17,295 bases of DNA from a virus (lineage: Duplodnaviria > Heunggongvirae > Uroviricota > Caudoviricetes): IMG/VR virus record IMGVR_UViG_3300037067_027627. One strand, given 5' to 3'. The first letter of the stretch is position 1, and each line of letters opens with the position of its first letter. The notes below the pieces were generated by a model. That model ran no database searches. It saw nothing but the letters and a program-made list of their open reading frames with translations, and was not told the DNA's origin. Positions 9,059 through 16,195 of the stretch are shown in pieces. A program made the translations under genes and the position numbers.

Positions 9059-10105
9059 ATGAAGATTGCTTTGATATCTCCCCCACTTCTGAAAACCCCA
9101 CCGACTGGATACGGTGGACTTGAGAAAGTGGTATATGATCTTGGAACATCGCTCGTGAAGAAGGGACACGAAGTGACACTGTTTGCTCCTCCCGGCAGTC
9201 ATATCGACGGGGCAACTCTGTTCGAAACAGTTACCGCCCCCGAAAGAACCGATGTCGATTGGGTTGAATTGGAATGCAATGCGTTTAACATATACAAGCG
9301 CAACCTCAATGGATTTGACATAATCCATGACAATACGTGGTTTGGATTTTCCTATCTTGCACGTTACGATCAAACTATGAAAGGCGTTAAGATATGTCAC
9401 ACTCACCACGGGCATTTGAACTGGGACGCGCATAAAAAATCTCCGGATGTTGGAAACATTTGTCTCGTTGCTATATCGCGGTTCATGGCAGATGAATTCC
9501 GTAAATCCGGGTGGGAGTCCAAATACGTTTATAATGGGGTTGACATCGAAAAACAATCACCTGTATACGAAAAATCGGATCGATTGGTGTTTGTAGGAAG
9601 AATCGACAAGATAAAAGGAACGCATATTGCTATAAAAGTTGCAATAGAAACGAACACCCCAATCGATATTGTGGGGGGATCCTTTGTTAATGACAAACAG
9701 TATCTGGAAGCTATAAAAGCCGAATGCGCGAACAGTAAGGGTATCGCAACGCTTCATCTGGATGCACCGGACAATGTTAAAATCGCGTTGGTGCAATCAG
9801 CAAAAGCGTGTCTCATTCCATCACAATTCGGAGAACCGTTTGGGTTAACCGCAGTGGAAGCGCTGGCGTGTGGTACTCCTGTGATCGCGTACGATGATGG
9901 AGCATTGAAAGAAATTATAAATGCACCAGATATCGGAACTATTTGCGCCGGGTATGACGTGTTTCTAGAATCGGTAAGGAATATTAAAACTACATCTTAC
10001 GATTACAAGAAGTGTCGTACGCGGTCGGAGTATTTCAGTTGCGATCAAATGGCAGACAGATACTTAAAATTGTATAAAGAGGTGATTGACGGGGAAGGAT
10101 GGTAA
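9059..10105 (+). CDS. GT-B fold (GT4) glycosyltransferase
   Basis: PPTGYGGLEKVV, FVGRIDKIKG, and the EX7E motif EPFGLTAVEALACGTPVIA. Confidence 0.93.
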   Translation: MKIALISPPLLKTPPTGYGGLEKVVYDLGTSLVKKGHEVTLFAPPGSHIDGATLFETVTAPERTDVDWVELECNAFNIYKRNLNGFDIIHDNTWFGFSYLARYDQTMKGVKICHTHHGHLNWDAHKKSPDVGNICLVAISRFMADEFRKSGWESKYVYNGVDIEKQSPVYEKSDRLVFVGRIDKIKGTHIAIKVAIETNTPIDIVGGSFVNDKQYLEAIKAECANSKGIATLHLDAPDNVKIALVQSAKACLIPSQFGEPFGLTAVEALACGTPVIAYDDGALKEIINAPDIGTICAGYDVFLESVRNIKTTSYDYKKCRTRSEYFSCDQMADRYLKLYKEVIDGEGW

Positions 10106-10477
10106 TTATTTTTGTCTTTTTGCAAGGAAAATCGAACCAACTAACAACCCCGCTCCGATAAATGCAGCAGCAACAAACCCCGGGACACCGCCAATTTCTG
10201 GAAATAATCCCGGCGATTCGTTTATTTCTATAATTTCGTTCGAAGGTTCGCACCATACCAGAACACAGGGTTGCCCGTCGGGAACCCCATGCGATCCGGC
10301 TGGCATTTTAATACACGATGTGATCTTCCATCCTTTTGGCGGGAGGTATACATATGAATCAATTCTGTTTGGATCATTGCATACGCCTTTCACATACCCT
10401 GCTACATGATATGGGATTTCATTGTCGAGTACTTCGGTGAATCCGAAATCGTCTATAGTTAGTCCTTCAAACGTCAT
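10106..10477 (-). CDS. 123-aa protein with C-terminal transmembrane anchor (PGF-CTERM-like tail)
   Basis: Ends GGVPGFVAAAFIGAGLLVGSIFLAKRQK. GGTTGA SD. Its stop directly abuts the GT4 stop. Confidence 0.7.
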   Translation of the reverse strand: MTFEGLTIDDFGFTEVLDNEIPYHVAGYVKGVCNDPNRIDSYVYLPPKGWKITSCIKMPAGSHGVPDGQPCVLVWCEPSNEIIEINESPGLFPEIGGVPGFVAAAFIGAGLLVGSIFLAKRQK

Positions 10478-10481
10478 AATA

Positions 10482-10910
10482 TCAACCCTGTTTCTTAGAT
10501 GTTGTCATTGCAATTCCAGCTATGGCAATAATGCCAACAGCTCCTACCAACAGAATGGGAACTCCGCCCATAGTGGATGTCGTTGTCGAACCTTCGTTAA
10601 GAGCAGTTTCAACTTCTTCAAGCGTGGGGGCTTCTGACCCTTCCGGAATTGCAACTTCAAGTGTCTGGTTCTCATCTGTTACAAACTGTTCTACGTTGAG
10701 CGTTGGATCCGGAACATATCCGCAGCAAACGCTTGTATCAGATTCTAAAAAGGATGTGCCGGTGGCCGGGTCATATACCATCATTCTTCCCAATGGTGCT
10801 CCGGGAGTAGTATCGCATTTCCGTGTTTCTGTGAACCCGCAATCAGCAGCTGCTACGAACAATACTGATTGGTATGGGATGCGTATACTGTTAAATCCGA
10901 TATCCGACAT
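10482..10910 (-). CDS. 142-aa acidic protein with C-terminal transmembrane anchor
   Basis: Start reassigned to the ATG at 10910 (MSDIGF), because the TATA box lies about 26 nt upstream and the longer track ORF overlaps the HD gene. Ends GGVPILLVGAVGIIAIAGIAMTTSKKQG. Confidence 0.7.
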   Translation of the reverse strand: MSDIGFNSIRIPYQSVLFVAAADCGFTETRKCDTTPGAPLGRMMVYDPATGTSFLESDTSVCCGYVPDPTLNVEQFVTDENQTLEVAIPEGSEAPTLEEVETALNEGSTTTSTMGGVPILLVGAVGIIAIAGIAMTTSKKQG

Positions 10911-10935
10911 AAACAGATATACTTGCCCAATGAAG

Positions 10936-10945
10936 TATTTAAATA
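10936..10945 (-). promoter_or_regulatory. TATA box (TATTTAAATA) overlapping the HD gene stop
   Basis: About 26 nt upstream of the ATG at 10910, which fits a leaderless archaeal transcript. Confidence 0.5.
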
Positions 10946-11544
10946 TTTGTAACGGTTTTGATATGATCGCGTTTGACGATATCATTCCGAAGACGAACAA
11001 GATCATCAAATGCAGTCTGCTCGTACTTGTCAAGCAGCCGTCTGCGTATCGCGTGTATCATCATATCGGTCTCTGCGATGTATATTCCTTCGAACACTTC
11101 ACCAAATCCTTCCATATCCGATAGATTATCTATGCGATCGCATATTTTTACCAGTAATGTAAATTTGGGTGCGTCGTCAGAAAGAAATCTGCGTATGCAG
11201 TCTTTCCACTTATCAGTTCTGTTGGGTATAGAGTCGTCTTTCGTAAGCAGATCAACAGATTTTCCAACGTCTGTGATTTCGTCTCCAGACAATTCAGATT
11301 CGAACAATGCCGAATCCATCAACACGCAACCTTGGATCCCACAATCTTCCTTTACGTCGTGCAGCCACGCGGTTATTGCGCCAAGGTAACATGTTGGGTT
11401 GTATATCAAGACCATCTGCGCAACCGATGCCGGGTGAACTATGTAAGGGGTGGTTTTATTTTTTCGGAACTGATTTTTGTGTGCAATCGTAGCAGCATGC
11501 GATACCAATCGTAATGATGTTATATATCTGAACATTTTTTTCAC
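10939..11544 (-). CDS. RelA/SpoT-type HD hydrolase (Mesh1/small alarmone hydrolase-like)
   Basis: AHKNQFRK, PYIVHPASVA, AWLHDVKED and LVKICDRIDNLSDM match the HD_4/SAH motifs. The start is either GTG 11544 or ATG 11535. Confidence 0.85.
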   Translation of the reverse strand: MKKMFRYITSLRLVSHAATIAHKNQFRKNKTTPYIVHPASVAQMVLIYNPTCYLGAITAWLHDVKEDCGIQGCVLMDSALFESELSGDEITDVGKSVDLLTKDDSIPNRTDKWKDCIRRFLSDDAPKFTLLVKICDRIDNLSDMEGFGEVFEGIYIAETDMMIHAIRRRLLDKYEQTAFDDLVRLRNDIVKRDHIKTVTNI

Positions 11545-11565
11545 TTACCTGTTTAATATGATTTA

Positions 11566-11638
11566 TTCTCCCGACCGGATTCGAACCGGTGTCTCCGGGG
11601 TCAAAGCCCAGAATGATTGTCCACTACACTACGGGAGT
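11566..11638 (-). tRNA. trnQ: tRNA-Gln(UUG), no encoded CCA, A1.A72 mismatch
   Basis: Anticodon arm CTGGG-CTTTGAC-CCCGG. T arm ACCGG-TTCGAAT-CCGGT. Acceptor CTCCCG/CGGGAG. Confidence 0.88.
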
Positions 11639-11641
11639 TCA

Positions 11642-11716
11642 CGGGAGTGATGGGATTTGAACCCATGATAACGAAGTTCGCAACCTCGCATCTTGTCCGG
11701 GCTAGATCACACTCCC
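11642..11716 (-). tRNA. trnR: tRNA-Arg(GCG), archaeal-type anticodon
   Basis: Acceptor GGGAGTG/CACTCCC. Anticodon arm CGAGG-TTGCGAA-CTTCG. T-loop TTCAAAT. Confidence 0.92.
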
Positions 11717-11719
11717 AAA

Positions 11720-11791
11720 TGCGGTTACTGGGAGTTGAACCCAGTCCGGTTGCTTGGAGGGCAACAATGCTGCCACTTACACTTTAACCGC
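11720..11791 (-). tRNA. trnG: tRNA-Gly(UCC) with atypical A8 and C33
   Basis: Acceptor GCGGTTA/TAACCGC. Anticodon arm GTTGC-CCTCCAA-GCAAC. T arm CTGGG-TTCAACT-CCCAG. Confidence 0.85.
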
Positions 11792-11794
11792 GCA

Positions 11795-11866
11795 TGAGGC
11801 TAACCGGGCTCGAACCGGTGTTTCGGGATTCCAGATCCCGGAGTCTAACCACTATCTTATAGCCCC
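11795..11866 (-). tRNA. tRNA with anticodon UGG (nominally Pro), atypical C33/A37 loop; identity uncertain
   Basis: Acceptor GGGGCTA/TAGCCTC. Anticodon arm CGGGA-TCTGGAA-TCCCG. T arm ACCGG-TTCGAGC-CCGGT. Confidence 0.75.
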
Positions 11867-11892
11867 GTGATAATATATGTCTGACGTGGTAG

Positions 11893-11901
11893 TATAAAAA
11901 A
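11893..11901 (-). promoter_or_regulatory. TATA box (TTTTTTATA) for the UGG-Gly-Arg-Gln-HD unit
   Basis: About 27 nt upstream of tRNA position 1 at 11866. Confidence 0.6.
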
Positions 11902-11903
11902 GG

Positions 11904-12491
11904 TTAGGGTGTGATATATGTCCGGAATATGATCTGGATGTTGTTACTTGCAGCCACTGATGTTGCGCGCACCAGATATTTATCCCCGTGCTTTAGAATA
12001 TACTCTGGTGTGACCGGGTTCCACCCGATATATTGTGGTATGTATACCTGACCGAGTTCTGTTCCGGTTGCAGCGATTACTGAGGACGTGTAGAAACTAT
12101 TGGTTGTCGCAATTCCAGACATACGGTTTGTATTTACTGCTGTCATTGCAACCCCATTCGATGTCACAGTAGGGGTTTCGTATAACTGCAATTGGCAATC
12201 GAACAGGTTTACGCATTCTATTTTAAGATGCGTTGTGTCATTCGATGTCATTATCAGGAAGTCGCGTGACGATGTGTTTCCAAGATTGCTAATAAGCACC
12301 CCTGCACGCCACCGTTTGCCCTGCCATGTAGCGCGGGTATCGCCGTCCGGGAAATCTGTTGTTTGCTTGACCCACCCGGATGTTGTATCGTCCCATACAT
12401 GGGATTTTATTTGCCCTTCTTTGATCTCGTAAACGTATTCGTTGACATTTACGATGCGCTGTACGGATGCCGCAGAACCTGAATTTGACAT
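11904..12491 (-). CDS. Beta-rich hypothetical protein, probable virion structural protein
   Basis: Start reassigned to the ATG at 12491 (GGTG SD at 12497-12500, TATA TTTTAAATA at 12526-12534). Thr/Ser-rich, with segments LYETPTVTSNG and EYILKHGDKYLVRAT. Confidence 0.7.
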   Translation of the reverse strand: MSNSGSAASVQRIVNVNEYVYEIKEGQIKSHVWDDTTSGWVKQTTDFPDGDTRATWQGKRWRAGVLISNLGNTSSRDFLIMTSNDTTHLKIECVNLFDCQLQLYETPTVTSNGVAMTAVNTNRMSGIATTNSFYTSSVIAATGTELGQVYIPQYIGWNPVTPEYILKHGDKYLVRATSVAASNNIQIIFRTYITP

Positions 12492-12542
12492 ATAAACACC
12501 AATCAATGTATAATTGGTACAGATGTATTTAAAAGTAACTCA

Positions 12543-12612
12543 TGGGGATGAAGGGAGTTGAACCCTCATCACAAATTTTGGAGACTTGCTTCCTACCGTT
12601 GGAGACATCCCC
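12543..12612 (-). tRNA. trnW: tRNA-Trp(CCA)
   Basis: Acceptor GGGGATG/CATCCCC. Anticodon arm CAAGT-CTCCAAA-ATTTG. T-loop TTCAACT. G1 is the last base of the pth2 TAG. Confidence 0.85.
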
Positions 12613-13004
12613 TACAATAGTTTCAGATCTTTCGTAAGCTCGTTGAGTTTTATGCACTTCGGATCATTCACCGGAAGTGGTTCGAACCCTGCGCAAGTGA
12701 TCGTGCCGGGTTCAAGTTGTGTAAGACCTGCATCAGTTATAATGCGGAAACCAATTTCGGATTCGTTTGCTTTAGATGTGATTTCTTTGAGTTCTGCAAG
12801 ATCTTTAACTTTAAGCACTATCTTGCGCATTCCGTTGCACCGCCACATCTCTTTGTTCGCGGATGCGCCTTTTATGAACCCCTCTACGGATGCATGCGCA
12901 ACCTGAACTGTCTTCTTTCCGCAATCGATCCCGAGATCAGATCGTATAATGATCACTTGTTTGTAGGTTTGTATATCTTCTTTCTTCGGTAGTGTGTCTT
13001 CCAT
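12612..13004 (-). CDS. pth2: Peptidyl-tRNA hydrolase, Pth2 (archaeal/eukaryotic) family
   Basis: YKQVIIIRSDL, GKKTVQVAHAS, KIVLKV, DAGLTQLEPGTITCAG, with the catalytic K, D and T positions retained. AGGAGA SD. Confidence 0.93.
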   Translation of the reverse strand: MEDTLPKKEDIQTYKQVIIIRSDLGIDCGKKTVQVAHASVEGFIKGASANKEMWRCNGMRKIVLKVKDLAELKEITSKANESEIGFRIITDAGLTQLEPGTITCAGFEPLPVNDPKCIKLNELTKDLKLL

Positions 13005-13018
13005 AATTTTCTCCTGAA

Positions 13019-13090
13019 CGCCCTCACCAAGATTCGAACTCGGGATGTAAGGTTAGAAGCCTTATGTGATATCCACTTCACTATGAGGGC
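13019..13090 (-). tRNA. trnR: tRNA-Arg(UCU)
   Basis: Acceptor GCCCTCA/TGAGGGC. Anticodon arm TAAGG-CTTCTAA-CCTTA. T-loop TTCGAAT. Confidence 0.95.
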
Positions 13091-13093
13091 TCA

Positions 13094-13164
13094 TACACCC
13101 GGGCGGAATCGAACCACCCCCGCGACCTTGTAAGGGTCGAATACTACCAATATACTACGGGTGT
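13094..13164 (-). tRNA. trnV: tRNA-Val(UAC)
   Basis: Acceptor ACACCCG/CGGGTGT. Anticodon arm CGACC-CTTACAA-GGTCG. T-loop TTCGATT. Confidence 0.93.
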
Positions 13165-13167
13165 TCA

Positions 13168-13241
13168 TGGGCGCGAGGGGATTTGAACCCCTGACATCCG
13201 GATTAAAAGTCCGGCGTATTAGGCCACTATACTACGCACCC
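13168..13241 (-). tRNA. trnK: tRNA-Lys(UUU)
   Basis: Acceptor GGGTGCG/CGCGCCC. Anticodon arm CCGGA-CTTTTAA-TCCGG. T-loop TTCAAAT. Confidence 0.95.
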
Positions 13242-13246
13242 CGATA

Positions 13247-13317
13247 TCCGACATTCCGGATTTGAACCGGCATCTATGGTTCTACAGACCATCATTCTGC
13301 CATTGAACTAATGTCGG
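13247..13317 (-). tRNA. trnY: tRNA-Tyr(GUA), archaeal/eukaryotic type (C1-G72, short variable loop)
   Basis: Acceptor CCGACAT/ATGTCGG. Anticodon arm ATGGT-CTGTAGA-ACCAT. T-loop TTCAAAT. Confidence 0.93.
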
Positions 13318-13480
13318 TTGTTATGGTCTTTCCCAGACCGATTCTATCAGTACCAAATACCCGAGATTACTACCCATCTGCTCGATTTTTACGTACATTT
13401 GATCCCTCGCACCAGAGAATCGGCGTGGGTGAGCAGTCTCTGTTGTTTTTTTTCTCGCGCAAACCCCACCCACGAGGTTC

Positions 13481-14206
13481 TCATTTCTTTTCAGTTGTAG
13501 GTTTCAACCACAACGCCTCGTCATCTCCAAGAACTGACACCGCCAGCCCCGGGTAAATGCAGAGTACTCGTAAAGATTCGATTGTTGAATACTTAAACAT
13601 TTTCGTTAATTCGTCGCGTTTTCGGTCTACCGACACGTTGTTCCGTAACATTTCCAGATATCGCGCATTTTTTAGGATGTCGCTGATATCTGCGTGTATT
13701 CGCATATCCTTAGTTACCGAGAACCTAACCGCACGTAACATTCGCAAGGAATCCTCTGTCATTCGTTTACGAGGGTTTCCTACGCACCTGATAATTCCCC
13801 GTTCTATATCGCGGATACCATTGAACGGATCGTAATATTCGGTTTCTATGTCCGGATACACCATCTTGGCAATTGCATTCATTGTGAAATCCCGCCGCGA
13901 AAGATCGTCGGTAATTGTGCCTACATCGACACGATCTGGTCTGCGTCCATCAGAATATCCATACTCTTTACGGCACAGGACGAAATCTGCGTCTCCTTTC
14001 CATCCGTTCAGATTATCTATGTGTGCACGAATTGTAAAGAATTCCGGGTCTTCTTTGAATATTCGTCCCCGCGCAAGGATAAAATCGCGCATTGATTCAT
14101 AGCTATCTGCTTCTACCGAAAAATCTACATCGTTGTTCGGGACTCCAAGTAATTCATCCCTGATTACGCCACCTACCATGTAGACACTGTATATTGTAGG
14201 TTCCAT
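13481..14206 (-). CDS. cca: Compact class II tRNA nucleotidyltransferase (CCA-adding enzyme)
   Basis: VGGVIRDELLG..DVDF, flexible loop CRKEYGYSDGRRP, DLSRRDFTMNAIA, DPFNG, EDSLRMLRAVRF. The ATG at 14206 is preferred over the track's TTG at 14215 (TATA about 23 nt upstream). Confidence 0.9.
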   Translation of the reverse strand: MEPTIYSVYMVGGVIRDELLGVPNNDVDFSVEADSYESMRDFILARGRIFKEDPEFFTIRAHIDNLNGWKGDADFVLCRKEYGYSDGRRPDRVDVGTITDDLSRRDFTMNAIAKMVYPDIETEYYDPFNGIRDIERGIIRCVGNPRKRMTEDSLRMLRAVRFSVTKDMRIHADISDILKNARYLEMLRNNVSVDRKRDELTKMFKYSTIESLRVLCIYPGLAVSVLGDDEALWLKPTTEKK

Positions 14207-14228
14207 TATATACAATGGGAGGAACAGA

Positions 14229-14236
14229 TTTATATA
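14229..14236. promoter_or_regulatory. Probable bidirectional TATA box (TTTATATA) between cca and the 14274 gene
   Basis: It is the only TATA-like element in the short divergent gap. Confidence 0.55.
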
Positions 14237-14273
14237 CCTTCGCAGTCGATTAGAGTATTATTGGTGAAGACAG

Positions 14274-15341
14274 ATGGCGTGGATGTATGGTAAACCGTGT
14301 ATATTAACGGATCTTGGGTTTGAAGGGCAATCTCCAGACGGAACCGCACGACCCGGCGCTGACATGGAGTTTTTTGTTGGCTTCGACGAGGTAACCGCAG
14401 GATGTGACAATCTTGGATATTGTAACCCGGGTGCAGATATTGTATGGTCGGTAAGTGGATCACTTAGCATGCCAAATACGCAACATATCGGGCTGCAATA
14501 TTCAGAGCGATGCGGGCATTGTGACACGTTCCGTCTTATAGCTCCAAACTCTGGTACGTTCACGGTCACTGCAAAAAGCGCAAATACAATAACTTGGGTT
14601 GTAACTGTATCTTCTGTAGACATTAGCGCGGGCCAGATCAAGGTTTCTTACGTAAGGTGCGCAAATCAGGAAGAATCTGTTGCTGCGTCATCTCCAAACT
14701 GTATGTGCAATGGCAGTAACTTAACTCTCTATTTCACATCTACGCCAACATCTGTTGGAAACGGGATGGCATATTACGACGTATATGTGAACGGATCTCC
14801 ATATGCTGAGAATCAGGTAGAATCGACTTACGACACCCACCGTGATAGCGTCACCATTAGCTGTCCTCCTGCCGGATCTACTATAACAATCAAAGGCAAG
14901 AACGATTCCGGGTCATCGATTGTTGTTTATGAAGAATCAAATAACCCAATCATTCCAGTGGGTCAATATACATGCGACGATAGCCAATTAACATGTGTCA
15001 ATGGCCGGAATTTGTCATGGTGTTCGTATGCAAACGGAAACGGAAGCTGGGTAGACAATGGTATGGGAAACTGTGGTACAACTACAACTTCTTCGTTCCC
15101 GATATGTGCAACTCCGTGTTCTGACGATTACTGCGATAGTGCCGGAAATCATTATACATGCTACGGAGGATGCGCGACTCTCGATGGAACCAGATGCACC
15201 CCGACAACGACTTCATCCGAAGTAACAACTACTACAACGGGCGATCTCATGTCACGGATAAAAACATTTTATGAGAACAATAAAACAATGTCGATCGTAG
15301 GGATTGCGCTTCTCGGCGGTCTCATGCTGACGCGCAAGTAA
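14274..15341 (+). CDS. 355-aa Cys-rich surface/virion protein with Thr-rich linker and C-terminal membrane anchor
   Basis: 19 Cys by my count, 7 N-x-S/T sequons and Thr tracts. Ends IVGIALLGGLMLTRK. No N-terminal signal peptide visible. Confidence 0.8.
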   Translation: MAWMYGKPCILTDLGFEGQSPDGTARPGADMEFFVGFDEVTAGCDNLGYCNPGADIVWSVSGSLSMPNTQHIGLQYSERCGHCDTFRLIAPNSGTFTVTAKSANTITWVVTVSSVDISAGQIKVSYVRCANQEESVAASSPNCMCNGSNLTLYFTSTPTSVGNGMAYYDVYVNGSPYAENQVESTYDTHRDSVTISCPPAGSTITIKGKNDSGSSIVVYEESNNPIIPVGQYTCDDSQLTCVNGRNLSWCSYANGNGSWVDNGMGNCGTTTTSSFPICATPCSDDYCDSAGNHYTCYGGCATLDGTRCTPTTTSSEVTTTTTGDLMSRIKTFYENNKTMSIVGIALLGGLMLTRK

Positions 15342-15564
15342 TAAGTTGTGATGTTAAAAATGGGGAGAGTTCGAAAGGAAGAATTCTTCTAAGTTCCATT
15401 TTTCTTGCCTTTCTTTTAATTCTCTGCTCTTGCCGTGGGTCTTTACAAAACGAGCAGCTTCCCATACACAATTGCTTGTATGGATGATAATGGATTCCGC
15501 AAAATCGGAATCCGTGTCTTCTCGATGCTTTTGGATCGTTGTAAGATCTCCGTGTTCGAGACAT
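15322..15564 (-). CDS. Small basic hypothetical protein with C-x3-C-x2-C motif
   Basis: MSRTRRSY...CMGSCSFCKD...RKARK. AT-rich box upstream. Overlaps the convergent gene by 20 nt. Confidence 0.45.
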   Translation of the reverse strand: MSRTRRSYNDPKASRRHGFRFCGIHYHPYKQLCMGSCSFCKDPRQEQRIKRKARKMELRRILPFELSPFLTSQLITCASA

Positions 15565-15596
15565 ACTAACGTATTTGTTTTATTAAAATAAATAAC

Positions 15597-16085
15597 CTAC
15601 GATACCAATTCTGCGCAGATGGAAAGTGTGCCATCCTTGGTTGCGATTACTGACACGGGTGTCGCAGCAATGGTTGTGTTTACCCCGATACTTGGAGTTG
15701 CGATAGTTTCTCCGATTACAGTTCCATCCGACCAATAGAATTTTATTTTAGCAGACCCGGCGGCTGTGCCACTATTTGAGACGTGCGCTGTGATAGTTAC
15801 CAGTTCATCAACCGTGCATGTTGGGGGACTTATAACAACATCGACAAGAGTGAGTTTCGCCACTGGTTCCGGGTGATGTATATTACAATACGCGCAGCAA
15901 TCGGGACTGTTGTTTGCTATCTTGGTTGCACTGCCATTGGCATCGCACCGGTATTTTGCATAGAACGGGCTGCAAATACACAGGTATGGATTAATACAGT
16001 TCCCGGCACCATCCCAGTTTTTGCTGGAAACGTCTGGACTGTATCCTATTCCAATCGGGCTTCCACCCGATGCATCGCACGGCAT
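15597..16085 (-). CDS. Cys-rich N-terminus plus CARDB/Ig-like domain protein
   Basis: LTLVDVVISP..TVDELVTITAHVSNSGTAAG..IKFYW resembles the CARDB consensus. TATA TTTTTATA at 16110-16117, about 25 nt upstream (leaderless). Confidence 0.75.
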   Translation of the reverse strand: MPCDASGGSPIGIGYSPDVSSKNWDGAGNCINPYLCICSPFYAKYRCDANGSATKIANNSPDCCAYCNIHHPEPVAKLTLVDVVISPPTCTVDELVTITAHVSNSGTAAGSAKIKFYWSDGTVIGETIATPSIGVNTTIAATPVSVIATKDGTLSICAELVS

Positions 16086-16121
16086 ATAAGTGTATTTGCA
16101 ATGCCAAAGTATAAAAAGTTA

Positions 16122-16195
16122 TTCTGCCGCCGGGATTTGAACCCGAACCGCCGGATCGAAAGTCCAGCATCACTTGCCGATTAGACTACGGCAGA
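16122..16195 (-). tRNA. trnE: tRNA-Glu(UUC)
   Basis: Acceptor TCTGCCG/CGGCAGA. Anticodon arm CTGGA-CTTTCGA-TCCGG. T-loop TTCAAAT. Confidence 0.9.

Noticed and set aside
8377-9796. Minus-strand ORFs 8377-8919, 9002-9556 and 9557-9796
   Set aside because: Antisense shadows of the methyltransferase and GT4 genes, which carry clear family motifs.
10522-11492. Plus-strand ORFs 10522-11124, 10973-11389 and 11307-11492
   Set aside because: Antisense shadows of the tail-anchored and HD genes, with no motifs or start signals.
13318-13480. Group I intron, RNase P or hammerhead core (CAGAGACT, GGGAAAGACC, CTGATAG)
   Set aside because: The partner elements are missing or in the wrong order, and the region is too short.
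12586-14102. Plus-strand ORFs opposite pth2 and cca
   Set aside because: Antisense shadows of well-supported genes.
13481-14206. Poly(A) polymerase (pcnB) call
   Set aside because: The PAP G[RK][RK]F-type signature was not seen, and the loop motif and tRNA context favour CCA addition.
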